Numbered from the stretch's first letter, positions 1 through 10,930 are shown. The stretch is DNA of 64,000 nt from Octopus sinensis (GCF_006345805.1 NC_043000.1:114824001-114888000); one strand, 5' to 3'. The notes: a model not told the origin generated them from the letters alone. Program-made: numbers and translations.

Positions 1-331
1 CTAGGCTTACAAAGAATAAGTCCTGGGGTTGATTTGCTCGACTAAAGCTGGTTCTCCAGCATGGCCGCAGTCAAATGACTGAAACAAGTAAAAGAGTATA
101 CAGAATGCTTTTCTGAACTGATTCTGCTTCTTTCACTAATAATGAATATTCATGTAGATGTGCAGTTTGTTCAAGAAATTGTAGACCCTTCATCTGTTCA
201 TCATACCCAGGGTACAGAGCAGTATTCATTTGCATGTTGACTGTCTCGGGGAAAAAAATGAAACTTTTCATTTTATGAGATATATTCATCAAATTTGGGT
301 CAGTTTGTCTTCATAACAAGTTCTGTCACTC

Positions 332-1037
332 TCACTCAATGAGCCCACCTTTGGCCTTGACAGCCTCCAGGCAACCTTGCATCCGGCCACAGGTCTTCAT
401 CACTACTTCTTGTTTTAAGCTCCTGAAGACACTGGTAATCCTGGCCCACAGCTTTTCCTTCATGTTTCAGTTGGATTTGTTGGTTTCTCGTTCCCCTGTG
501 CTCCACACAAAGAGGTTGAAAGGGTTGCTGTCAGGCAAGTTGGGAGGTCAAATATCAGGCACTGTGTAATTGAAGAAATTCTCCAACAGTTAGGCCTGGG
601 TCTTCTGGCTTGTGTAGCAGGGTGTGGAGTCTTACTGCCACACATACAGACTCCCTGCAGCTATCCAATCAATTCAGGGCTCCACCACATCACTCAGAAC
701 ATGGTTGTAGCCATTGGAGTTCAGCTTGAGACTCTCAAGGAATAAAGTGGGGTGACATGACATCACTTTCACTGCTGATGACACCTAAAACAAGACTCAC
801 TGGAAATTTCATCTGTATGACTCTAGACACATCGTTGGGTGAGACAGTGAGTCACCTGTTGCTCTAGTTTATCTTCTGGTTTTAGCAGAAATTCTTCTCT
901 TTGGAAAAGAACCACAGCATGTCTGGTACCAGCACATGCTTCAGCTTGTTGATCAGTTTGTTGGTGAACTTGAATCACTTTTCCTGCATCGCCTTATAAA
1001 GAAATTGTCCCTTCTTCATCTTGTATGAAAAGTAGCA
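332..1037 (-). pseudogene. Decayed maT/DD37D (Tc1/mariner superfamily) transposase, 5'-truncated
   Basis: Manual minus-strand translation: YFSYKMKKGQFL...WFFSKEKNF...KFPVSLVLGVISSESDVMSPHF...WQ*DSTPCYTSQKTQA*L...DI*PPNLPDSNPFNLFVW...KGGLIE*. There are 37 residues between the second D and the decayed third acidic position. Many stops. Confidence 0.85.
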
Positions 1038-1039
1038 CG

Positions 1040-1224
1040 AGGATCCGGCAGGGGGTGGTGGTGATCCCTGCTGTACTCTTTCACCACAACTTTCTCTCAC
1101 TCTTTCTTATGTTGGCCTGCTCGCTTAGCCAGCAGAGTGGTATCATTTGAAGGCTAAAACAATGAAAAGCGCATTGTGACCAGTGATGTGTAGCAACATC
1201 TGATAGCCTGGTCGGTCACAGTGA
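1040..1224 (+). mobile_element. SINE 3' part (family G; shares GTACTCTTTCACCACAACTTTCTCTCAC with family F); inverted copy at ~19424-19539
   Basis: The same tail (TTGAAGGCTAAAACAATG...TAGCAACATCTGATAGCCTGGTCGGTCAC) recurs reverse-complemented at 19.4-19.5 kb. Confidence 0.6.
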
Positions 1225-1732
1225 TATATATATATATATATACATACACACAGGGACACACAGAGAGAAAGGGAGTGAGAGATTGAGAAAATTATACTGG
1301 AGGTAGAGAAAAGAGAAAACATAGAGAGAGAAATATACAGATAGAAAGACAGAAAGTGAGAGAGACAATGAGTGGTATAGTATGTGTGTGCATGTGATGT
1401 TGTGTAATTAGTTATGTAGTGGTGCTCAGTAAACAAGTAAAGCATGCACGTCTATGGCGCATCAATATTACAGGTGTGTAATGAAGGTTGCCTTGGTAAC
1501 GGATACAGCTATGTTAAAAGATGATAGGGGTGTGTGTATGTATATGTGTGTGTGTGAGATAATCAATAGATTGTATTTATTTACTCATATGACTGAACGC
1601 TAAAGAAAAAGAAAAAATTTAGAAGAGAATACCTGACTGTCTACTTATGTCTATTGCTCTGTCTGTCTGTCTGTCTGTCTCCTCTCTCTTTCCCCTCACT
1701 GTGTGTGCATACATATATATATATATATATTA

Positions 1733-1786
<54 letters not shown>

Positions 1787-1789
1787 ATA

Positions 1790-2478
1790 GGTGCAGGAGT
1801 GGCTGTGTGGTAAGTAGCTTGCTTAACAGCCACATGGTTCTAGGTTCAATCCCACTGTGTGGCACCTTGGGCAAGTGTCTTCTACTATAGCTTTGGGCCA
1901 ACCAAAGCCTTGTGAGTTGATTTGGTAGATGGAAACTGAAAGAAGCTTGTATATATATATATATAGCAATAAGAAAATGGAGAAGATCAAAAGGTGTTAT
2001 TCATCAACATTTAGACATTATATTATGTCTATTTATTTAAAAAAAACCATTATAGTATTTATAGATACTATTCTACTTCCTATGCTCTGCATTATATATT
2101 TTAATAATTACTGGTATTTTTATATTTTTATATATTATATATATAAAGTATAATCTGTTATACATGTATGTATATTGTTATAATGATTTTTTAAAATAAT
2201 AAATAAATAGACATGATATAATGTCTAAAAGTTGATGACTACCACCTCTTGACCCCCTCCATTTTCTTATTGCTCTATAAATTAAGGGTAAAACAACTTG
2301 TTACCCTCGCCCATTTATTATATTCAGTAGTGCAATTGCCATGCAATGAAAAAACACTTGTGTATTAATAACTGGGTATTCTACCAGCAGTATATTGCAT
2401 AGATATTATCCCTTAGTTGGTTGGATTCACAATCTCTAACTCTCTTGGAATTATATATACATACATACATACATACAC

Positions 2479-2515
<37 letters not shown>

Positions 2516-2630
2516 AGTGAGCATGTTTGTCCCACCCACCATCACTTGACAACCGATTCTGGTGTGTTTACATTCCCATAACTTAGTGGTTCAGCAAAAA
2601 AGACCGATTGAATAAGTACTGGGCTTACAA
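1790..2630 (+). mobile_element. tRNA-derived SINE family A, split by a foldback insertion at 1965-2452
   Basis: A box TGGCTGTGTGG, B box GGTTCAATCCC, then GGCACCTTGGGCAAGTGTCTTCTACTATAG. The 3' half (TTGACAACCGAT..GGTGTGTTTAC...AATAAGTACT) resumes at ~2525. Confidence 0.85.
1965..2452. mobile_element. Foldback (~130-bp inverted arms, 1965-2274) plus unique tail, flanked by (TA)n; probable Penelope-like inverted pLTR relic
   Basis: AGCAATAAGAAAATGGAG...TTTAGACATTATATTATGTCTATTTATTT pairs with AAATAAATAGACATGATATAATGTCTAAA...CTCCATTTTCTTATTGCT. Confidence 0.65.
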
Positions 2631-2722
2631 CCATGTAAGTCCTTCAGCAACCACAGAGGAATTGACGTAAGCTTAAATAATAAACAGTGATAGGTGAACC
2701 ATGATATGGCGTGGGATTACTG

Positions 2723-2770
<48 letters not shown>

Positions 2771-2777
<7 letters not shown>

Positions 2778-3210
2778 AATTTATAAATAAGAGCAAACGA
2801 AAAAATTTCTAATGCCAAATATGCCGAAATTAGACACATTGTCCATAACCATATATTTTTCACAATACGTATGCTACTTGAAAAAGGTCGACAGAAATTT
2901 CTTAAAAATTCCATTATTACCATATTGGACCGACTTCAGGGTTAGTTCATAAGAACCCTCCCTTCGTCGGTGATAAATGTGGCAAAGAAATAAATGAGAT
3001 AGTTACTCATACCCATGGAAGAAGCAAACACTAAGTCATGAGCACAATTAAGTATCCCAAATACATCCAAAATAGAAATTCTCCGGCCCATTCAATTTTT
3101 TCGTTTGCCCTTATTTATAAGTTGTTTATAAATTTAACCTTTAAAGGTATTTTTTAATATGCTGGCCATCAATAAAATTTTTTTCGAAAAAAAAAAATTT
3201 ATCCTACATT
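2771..3210. mobile_element. Foldback plus tail in (TA)n, with decayed hammerhead motif; PLE relic
   Basis: TATAAACAATTTATAAATAAGAGCAAACGAAAAAATT pairs with AATTTTTTCGTTTGCCCTTATTTATAAGTTGTTTATA. Minus-strand CCGACGA...GAAGTCGGTC at 2924-2974. Confidence 0.65.
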
Positions 3211-3219
3211 AAATATATA

Positions 3220-3289
<70 letters not shown>

Positions 3290-3442
3290 TAATGATGGTG
3301 GTGATGGCAGTCGTGGTTGTGGTGATGGTGGTGGTCGTGGTGATAGTAGTGGTGTTGGTGTTGCTCTAGCATGGCCACAGTCAAATGACTGAAACAAGTA
3401 AAAGAGCAAAAGAGTATATACATATAAATATATGTGTGTGTA

Positions 3443-3513
<71 letters not shown>

Positions 3514-3526
3514 GTATATATGTATG

Positions 3527-3920
3527 CGTGTGGTAAGTAGCTTGCTAACCAACCACATGGTTGCGGGTTCAGTCCCACTGCGTGGCATCTTGGGCAAGTA
3601 TCTTCTGCTATAGCCCCGGGCTGACCAATGCCTTGTGAGTGGATTTGGTAGACGGAAACTGAAAGAAGCCTGTCGTATATATGTATATATATATATATAT
3701 GTGTGTGTTTGTGTGTCTGTGTTTGTCCACCTAGCATTGCTTCACAACTGATGCTGGTATGTTTATGTCCCCGTCACTTAGCGGTTCTTCAAAAGAGACC
3801 GATAGAATAAGTACTGGGCTTACAAAAATAAGTCCCGGGGTCGATTTGATCGACTAAAGGCGGTGCTCCAGCATGGCCGCAGTCAAATGACTGAAACAAG
3901 TAAAAGAGTAAAAAAAAAGA
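3527..3920 (+). mobile_element. SINE family A, near full length
   Basis: tRNA-like head, internal TA/TG microsatellite, 3' end GGTGCTCCAGCATGGCCGCAGTCAAATGACTGAAACAAGTAAAAGAG (also at 1-97 and 3362-3416). Confidence 0.9.
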
Positions 3921-4497
3921 GTATGTATTTATGTATATCATCGTCATCATTATTATATATGTATATGATGATGATATATACACACGTGTGTGTGTGTGTA
4001 TCATCATCATTGTTTAGCATCCGCATTCCATGCTGGCATATATACATGTACACATGATGACGACGATGATGATAATGGTATATACAAATATTTATATTCA
4101 CACACACACACACACACATTCCTTCTCACCTTTTCTTTAATTTCTCCTTGCACACCTGTCATATGTTCTTATTCTTCATAAACTTTCATAAACCAGCTTA
4201 GGAAGTCATACATGACTGCTCTGTTTGCTAGAAATAGCTGCTAAATCTTTCTCAAACCATGCCTACTGTCTTAGAAAAATGTAAGGATACATTAGGTACT
4301 GTAATATACATCATCTCTGAATGGAATTGGTGACGGTCATGGTTGGAATGACTGAGGTCACATGTCTGCTCAGTCATCAGTAATAGAACAACGACAGTGA
4401 CATTGCATATCACTCACCTTTCCTACATCTAACCCACCTCCCTCAATTTTGATTGTAACATTTTTCTACCATCATCATCATTGTCATTCATTACTCC

Positions 4498-4740
4498 CCA
4501 CCACACCACCACCACCACCATCACCACAGCCACCACCGTCACCACCACCACTAACACCAACACCACTACTATCACCACGACCACCACCACCGCCACCACT
4601 GCCACTACCAACACCACCACCATCACCACCACAACCACCATCACCACTACCACCATCACCACAACCACCACCAACACCACTACAATTACCACGACCATGA
4701 CCACCACTGCCATCACTAACACCACCACCACCATCACCAT
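4498..4740. repeat. Degenerate (ACC/ACT)n trinucleotide tract
   Basis: Direct inspection; it produces the Thr-, Pro- and Val-rich ORFs in the track. Confidence 0.9.
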
Positions 4741-5052
4741 GGCCCTGTTATCAGTTAGCTGTAAGCCTATTCAAGTATTTTATATTTATTTAGCTACAAT
4801 CACAATGGTTTTTCCATCAGACAAACTAAATTACGTCCTCCTTCAGTGAATTAACTAATTAACTAAGCCAATCAAACTAATTACATTCCTATTGGAAATA
4901 TTTCTAATAACAAGCATGTCTGTGAGCTTAAGATATTTATCCGTAACTCCATGTGTTTCAGGTTCAATTCCACAGTACAGCACTCAAATATTCTATTTTG
5001 TCTTGCATTGATCAAATAATCCAAGTATAAATTTAGCTGCAGGAAGGAAAGT

Positions 5053-5211
5053 GTGGAGTGGCTGTGTGGTAAGTAGCCTGCTTACCAACCACATGGTTCT
5101 GGGTTCAGTCCCACTGCCTGGCACTTTGGACAAGTGTCTTCTACTATAGCCTTGGGCCGACCAAAGCCTTGTGAGTGGATTTGGTAGACAGAAACTGAAA
5201 GAAGCCAGATA

Positions 5212-5272
<61 letters not shown>

Positions 5273-5422
5273 TCATCATTTAACGTCTGCTTTCCATGCT
5301 AGCATGGGTTGGACGGTTCAACTGGGGTCTGGGGAGCCCGAAGGCTGCACCAGGCCAGTCAGATCTGGCAGTGTTTCTACAGCTGGATGCCCTTCCTAAC
5401 GCCAACCACTCTGAGAGTGTAG

Positions 5423-5483
<61 letters not shown>

Positions 5484-5728
5484 ATATATGTGTGTGTGTG
5501 TGTATATATATATGTGTGTGTATATATATATGTTTGTGTGTCTGTGTTTGTCCCCCACCCAACATTGCTTGAAACTGATGCTGGTGTGTTTACGTCCCCT
5601 GTAACTTAGCAGTTCAGCATTAGAGACTGATAGGTTTACAAAGAATAAGTCCTGGGGTCAGTGTGCTCAACTAAGGGTGGTGCTCCAGCATGGCTGCAGT
5701 CAAATGACTGAAACAAGTAAAAGAATAG
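5053..5728 (+). mobile_element. SINE family A with an antisense RTE-3'UTR (family C) fragment nested at ~5270-5421
   Basis: Head at 5053-5210, 3' half at 5530-5728. CATCATCATTTAACGTC...GGATGCCCTTCCTAACGCCAACC sits inside the internal (TA)n. Confidence 0.85.
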
Positions 5729-6157
5729 AAGAAGCTCATCAGAGAGACTACCATTGTTGTTCTCTCTGACAGATGGACCAAATATATTGCCTGGATCTTT
5801 GGCTGTCTGTGGGGGACACCCTTCTAGTGCTGCCAGCTTTTGAGCCAATTGTATTGAAGAATGTGAATCATTTTCCTTTGTTTTGATTTTTTTTACCTGG
5901 AGAATCCCAGACTGGTTCACTCTACCAATTCCACTCAGAAGATGCGAGTAAACCTGTAAGTGTGGTAGGAGATACTTGCTCAAGAGGGCCATTCCACAAA
6001 GCAAACTTCTTAACCACAGTCATGCCGGTGCCAATATTTGTTCCTCAATCATCTTTAGGATTTCTTTAGATATGATTTGATTTTAAACTGGATTGGGGCC
6101 ATCACCACCATCATCCGATGCCTTAATCCTGAATATGTCTATCCAGGTTAAGACATA

Positions 6158-7435
6158 CAGGGGTTGGACAAAATAATGGAAACACCTTAAAATTTCAAAC
6201 AAATTTATTTCAATATGGGATAGGACAGCCATTGGCAGTAATTACAGCTTGAATTCTATGAGGTATGAACTCATACAAAGTTTGAATTGTTTCCCAAGGA
6301 ATTTTTGTCCATTCTTCAGCTAAAACAGTCTCCAGTTCTTGTAGTGACGATGGTGGAGGATATCAACTCCTTACTTGTTTTTCTAAAATGCACCTTAAAT
6401 GTTCAATAATATTGAGATCTGGGGACTGGTGGCCAGATAAGATGTTCAACTTCACTAGAATGTTCCTCATGCCATTCGGTAATAACTTTAGCTGTGTGAA
6501 TTGGTGCATTATCATTCTGAAAGATTGCATTTCCCTCTGGAAACAGTTCCACAACCATAGGATGAATTTGATCAGATAAAATGCTTAAATAGTCTTGACT
6601 ATTAATTTTGCCATGAAGGGAAACCATTGGGCCAGCAGATTTCCAAGATATAGCCCCTCCCCCCAGATCATCACAGATCCTCCTCCATGTTTAACAGTTG
6701 GAAGAAGGCAGTCTTGGTCAAATGCTTCTTTTGGCTGTCTCCACACGTATACTCAGCTGGTGGTTGGAAATAAGGTAAAGGATGAATTGTCCGAGAAAAT
6801 AACATTCTTCCACTGCTCTAGGGACCAATTCTGTAGGATTTTACTCCACTCTAAATGCTTTGCAACATTTGTTTTTGAAAGTAGTGGTTTTCTGATTGCA
6901 GCCCTCATGGAAAATCTGGCTTTGTGCAGCTCCCAGTGAACAGTTTTTGTGGAAACTAGGTTCTCAAGGTGGTCATTAAGCTCTGCAGTAATTTTGGGAG
7001 CTGTACTTTTGTGATCCTTTCTAACAATTCACATAAGAGTCTGACAGTCCCTATCTGAAAGTTTTGGTTCTTTTCTGCAGTTTTGTTTCGACAAGGAGAT
7101 TTTTTTTCCCTCTTTCTCAAAGGCTGTCATTACTTCTGAGACAGTACTTCTTGATACACCAAACATTTTGGCTATTTTCGTTACGCTAGTGCCTGCCATA
7201 CAAGCACCAACAATTTGATCTCTTTGAAAGCCCGATAGATCTGTCATTTTAAAGAATTTAATTACCTTTTTCTGATGATGTCCGAAAAGAAACAGCAATT
7301 TTAGCAAAACATATTAAGCAACACTAATAATAAATCAAAAGACATAAAAATAAACCAGCTTTTGGCAGTTTTATGAATATTTCAAAATTATGATGCTATG
7401 ATGCTAGGTGTTTCCGTTATTTTGTCTAACCCCTG
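6158..7435 (-). mobile_element. Full-length Tc1-like DNA transposon (1278 bp), TA target-site duplication
   Basis: TIRs CAGGGGTTGGACAAAATAATGGAAACACCT / AGGTGTTTCCGTTATTTTGTCTAACCCCTG, each flanked by TA. Confidence 0.95.
6210..7247 (-). pseudogene. Tc1 DD34E transposase pseudogene
   Basis: N-terminus MTDLSGFQRDQIVGACMAGTSVTKIAKMFGVSRSTVS (HTH); catalytic motifs FSDNSSF, FQNDNAPIH, SPDLNIIEHL; frameshifts and stops. Confidence 0.92.
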
Positions 7436-7991
7436 TATTTTGATGGGCTGAGATCAACCCAATTTAAGATTTGGGATAAGAGATCTGATTTTAGATCATT
7501 ATCAGGTGTTTTAATACTGGATGTCTAACATAATCTCAGACTGGATTTTGAAGTAATTTATTATCAGATGCCATATTTTTAGACATATTCATGGCATATT
7601 TTTAGACATACTCATACCATATATTTAGACATGTTCATGGTAGTTAGGATTCAATGCCCTAATAGTTATGGTCCCATTACCAAATACAAACATAATGTCT
7701 GAGATTGTCCTTCAAATTATAATTATCATCATCATCATCATCATCATTATCATCATTTAACATCCATTGTCCATACTGGCATGGGTTTGACAGTTTGATC
7801 AGGGCTGGCAAGCTAGAAGGCTGCACCAGACTCCAGTCTGATTTGGCATGGTTTCTATGACTGGATGCCCTTCCTAACACCAACCACTCCAAGAGTTTAA
7901 TGGATGCTTAGTACTTTCATATTTATTGCATGTGTGTGTGTGTGTGTGTATCTGTTGATTCACCAGAAGCAATAAATTACAGGGCTCAATA

Positions 7992-8195
7992 TGAGGGGTG
8001 CCAAAAAGTTCCTGGCTTTGGGTAAAAGAAAAGACAGGAGAATCAGTTAATTATGATTTTATTCAACATATTCCCTTCTTAGATTTACACACTTATTGCA
8101 GTGGTTGTTCAAATTTTCTAAGCCTTGTAAAAAAAACTCAAAAGTTTGGGCCTCCAGCCAGGACTTAAAGCTAGGAACATTTCAGCACCCCCTCG
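7992..8195. mobile_element. Mariner-type MITE
   Basis: TA-TGAGGGGTGCCAAAAAGTTCCTGGCTTT ... AAAGCTAGGAACATTTCAGCACCCCCTCG-TA imperfect TIRs. Confidence 0.8.
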
Positions 8196-8229
8196 TACAA
8201 ATGTAAATATTCTTTAATACATTATAACT

Positions 8230-8678
8230 GTCCCCCGTGCCAGTGGCACGTAAAAAGTACCATCCAAACGTGGCCAATGCCAGTACCCCTGACTGGGCCC
8301 CATGCCGGTGGCACATAAAAAGCACCATCCAAACATGGCTGATGCCAGTACCCCTGATTGGCCCCCATGCCGGTGGCATGTAAAAAGCACCATCTGAACG
8401 TGGCCAATGCCAATATTCACTGACTGGCCCTGTGCTGGTGGCACGTAAAATGCACTATCCGAACATGATTGATGCCAGGCCTGCCTGACTGGCTCCTGTG
8501 CTGGTGGCACAGAAAAAGCACTCACTACACTCTCAGAGTGGTTGGCGTTAGGAAGGGCACCCAACTGTAGAAACATTGTCAGATCAGATTGGAGCCTGGT
8601 GCAGCCACTGGCTCTCCAGACCTCAGTCAAACCATCCAACCCATGCCAGCATGAAAAACAGACATTAAATGATGATGT
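8230..8678 (+). mobile_element. Family C (RTE 3'UTR/SINE-like) with five ~65-bp tandem units and (GAT)n tail
   Basis: RTGCYRGTGGCAYRTAAAAAGCAC cores at 8237, 8302, 8367, 8432, 8498, then GGTTGGCGTTAGGAAGGGCA and CCATGCCAGCATG...GATGATG. Confidence 0.85.
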
Positions 8679-9005
8679 TGAACTGAAAAGCTCTGATTTC
8701 CACTACTCTAAGTTGCTCGTTTCTGATCCCCAGCAGGTAAACCAAGCTTGGTTTTCTCATGAATATTCCCTGTTTGAGTATTTTTTGAAGTATGAAATGA
8801 ATGAAAGTTTGAAGGAAACATCATTATATCCTTTCATTTAGAAACCTTTGTGTACAACATGTGTGAAAACGGCTGCTTCAAACTTAATTTAATTTCTTCT
8901 TCTCATGGTAATATTATTATAAAAGTGCCCATGCAATTGAAATCATGAACGTGTTTTACTGTTTAAGCAATATTAAAAAAAAATTCTTTTAAGTAATATT
9001 TTTAA

Positions 9006-9398
9006 CTAGCAGTATCGCCCGGCGTTGCTTGGGTTTGTTTCGACCCTTTAGAATTGGAATTTTTGAAAAGTAAAAATTTTGCATTAGGTAGCTTCTTATT
9101 CTCTTTTAAGTGAACATTTTTCTGGTTGAAATACACCGAAAAATGGTGACACAGCAGTAAAAAAATTGTAAAAAATAGGGATTTTCATAGAAAAAAAGCA
9201 CGTTTTTGATGTAAATAATTTTTGGTGTTAACGTGGTCCGATTTGAATTTTATCTTCTATGAAATGAAGAGCAAGCCTTCTTCTATCATACTCTCAATTT
9301 TGGTCAACTTGCGCTGCAGGGTCTCGAAGGAGATAGAGTTTGTTGTAGGCTACCAAACCTGCCATACACAGACAACTTCAGCTTTATATAGAGAGAGA
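9006..9398 (-). mobile_element. Non-autonomous Helitron
   Basis: Minus strand starts A|TCTCTCTCTATATAAAG and ends with GC-rich hairpin CCCAAGCAACGCCGGG...CTAG|T; inserted between A and T, no TSD. Confidence 0.75.
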
Positions 9399-10133
9399 TT
9401 GATGCACACACTCAAGATTATAAATTAATTTGATATTTATCAAGTGATTTTTTTCCCCCCTGGATATATACAGAGTCCTAGATTAGAATTGAACTAGGGA
9501 CATTTATATCTAAATAAAATATAGTTATGTTGTTATCCTCTAAAGCTACTAGTTGCTCTTTACAGAGAGACAAGGTGTGTTCTTTTGTATAGTAAATGAC
9601 AGAATGAAGACAGCTGTGGTAATAGTCATGAGCTGTCATGTGAGTTGACCTGTTAAACGGTGGGTGGGGGTGTTGCTTCATATGGCATGTCATTATTAAA
9701 GTTCTTTTGTATAAACTCAGTGGAATGTCAACAGGTCAGGATAAGTATAGCCTTGTGATTACTGGTCAGCATGGAATGGTGGATTATATAAAATTTTCTG
9801 TGATAAAAGCTCACATTTTTTCAGCATGCCATCAAATTGTAACTAAAGAACAGAAAGACAGAACCTCTGACCCAGAAGATGAAGGTCTCTCTTTCCTGTA
9901 TGTCATTAATGGCCATGTGATCAATGGCTACAACAATAACTGTTTTCATTTCACTCACTTTTCAATGAAGTTTTTCTCTATGAATCCATTCCTTTTACTC
10001 ACTGATTTCAACCCTGATTGAAGAACATTTTTTTAAGCAGCAATAAATAAAGATTTCAATCATAGCAAATGCTTTTTAATTCGTCTTTGATATAATAATG
10101 CACCGTAAATTAGCACTGATATTCAGGTATGAC

Positions 10134-10347
10134 AAGGTGGTGAAATGGTAGAATCGTTAGCACATCAAGCAAAATGCTTAGCAGCATTTCGTCTCTCTAT
10201 ACACTCTAAGTTCAAATTCTGCCAAGGTCAACTTTGCTTTTTATCCTTTCCAGGTCAGTAAAATAGGTACCAGTTGCACACTGGGGTCAATATAATCAAC
10301 AAACTCCCTTCCCTCAAAATTTCAAGCCTGTACCTATAGTAGAAAAG
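10134..10347 (+). mobile_element. SINE family B (other copies ~11164-11530 -, 12855-13068 +, 18337-18566 +, 26859-27092 -, 47131-47420 +, 51642-51875 +, 57021-57232 +, 58032-58243 +, 59912-60352 -)
   Basis: Family consensus TGGCAGAATCGTTAGCA...GAGTTCAAATTCCGCC (pol III boxes) plus central GACTTTGCCTTTCATCCTTTCGGGGTCGATAAA..GTACCAG, which resembles Nin/Deu-type SINE domains (recalled). Confidence 0.85.
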
Positions 10348-10401
10348 AATATTCAGGTCTAGTGGTTATCCATGTTCCCTGGCCAAAATAAACTCTCGTT
10401 T

Positions 10402-10697
10402 GGATCTTTTCACTTTGACCGGCAGATTTTTAAAATAATTTCTTTGTAACTAAACACTTTTAAACTTCGTATACTGGTAGAATGTGTTACATAAAACATC
10501 TTTTTCTCTTGGCTTTCTTGAGAAAATTCTGTAGTTTGTAAGCTATTTCTTATTAAATTTCTTGCATTTCGGCAATTTCAACCAATCAATGACGACTATT
10601 GAGGTGAATACAATTTCTGCAGTTGTATACGAAGTTTAAAAGTGTTTAGTTACAAAGAAATTATTTTAAAAAGCTGCTGGTCAAAGTGAAAAGATCC
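10402..10697. mobile_element. MITE with ~73-bp TIRs, GG termini and 8-bp TSD (Merlin-like)
   Basis: GGATCTTTTCACTTTGACC...TAAACTTCGTATAC / GTATACGAAGTTTAAA...GGTCAAAGTGAAAAGATCC; flanks TCTCGTTT and TCTCGATT. Confidence 0.85.
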
Positions 10698-10930
10698 TCT
10701 CGATTTATAATCTGGTACAAATGTTTGACATATTTAACAGAATTAACAGATTTACCAAATTGGTGACATATTGCCAGTCTGGAAAGACTGAGCTGTTTAT
10801 ATGAAGATAAAAGTAATAAATTTTTATTTACATTTACTGAAAATCTTTCCTGATTTTTAAAAGAATGCTGATACTGTTTAAATCTTACCTTAAATTTATT
10901 TCCAGTTAACTGTTTATAATCTTCAGAAAC
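10698..10930 (-). pseudogene. Penelope-like GIY-YIG endonuclease fragment
   Basis: YKQLTGNKFKVRFKQYQHSFKN matches the YIGxTxxxFKxRxxxHxxSF segment of PLE endonucleases. Confidence 0.55.

Noticed and set aside
1790-1866. tRNA genes
   Set aside because: The A/B boxes belong to SINE heads; no complete cloverleaf, and each runs into a SINE body.
4429-4849. Mucin-like Thr-rich or extensin-like Pro-rich ORFs
   Set aside because: They are translations of an (ACC)n microsatellite, open in several frames, with no splice or domain support.
8230-8530. CRISPR-like array (palindromic repeat with spacers)
   Set aside because: The spacers are homologous to each other, the array is part of a dispersed retroelement 3'UTR, there are no cas genes and the DNA is eukaryotic.
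9707-10021. 104-aa ORF or possible exon after TTTTTTCAG
   Set aside because: No convincing donor or homology; more likely non-coding unique DNA.
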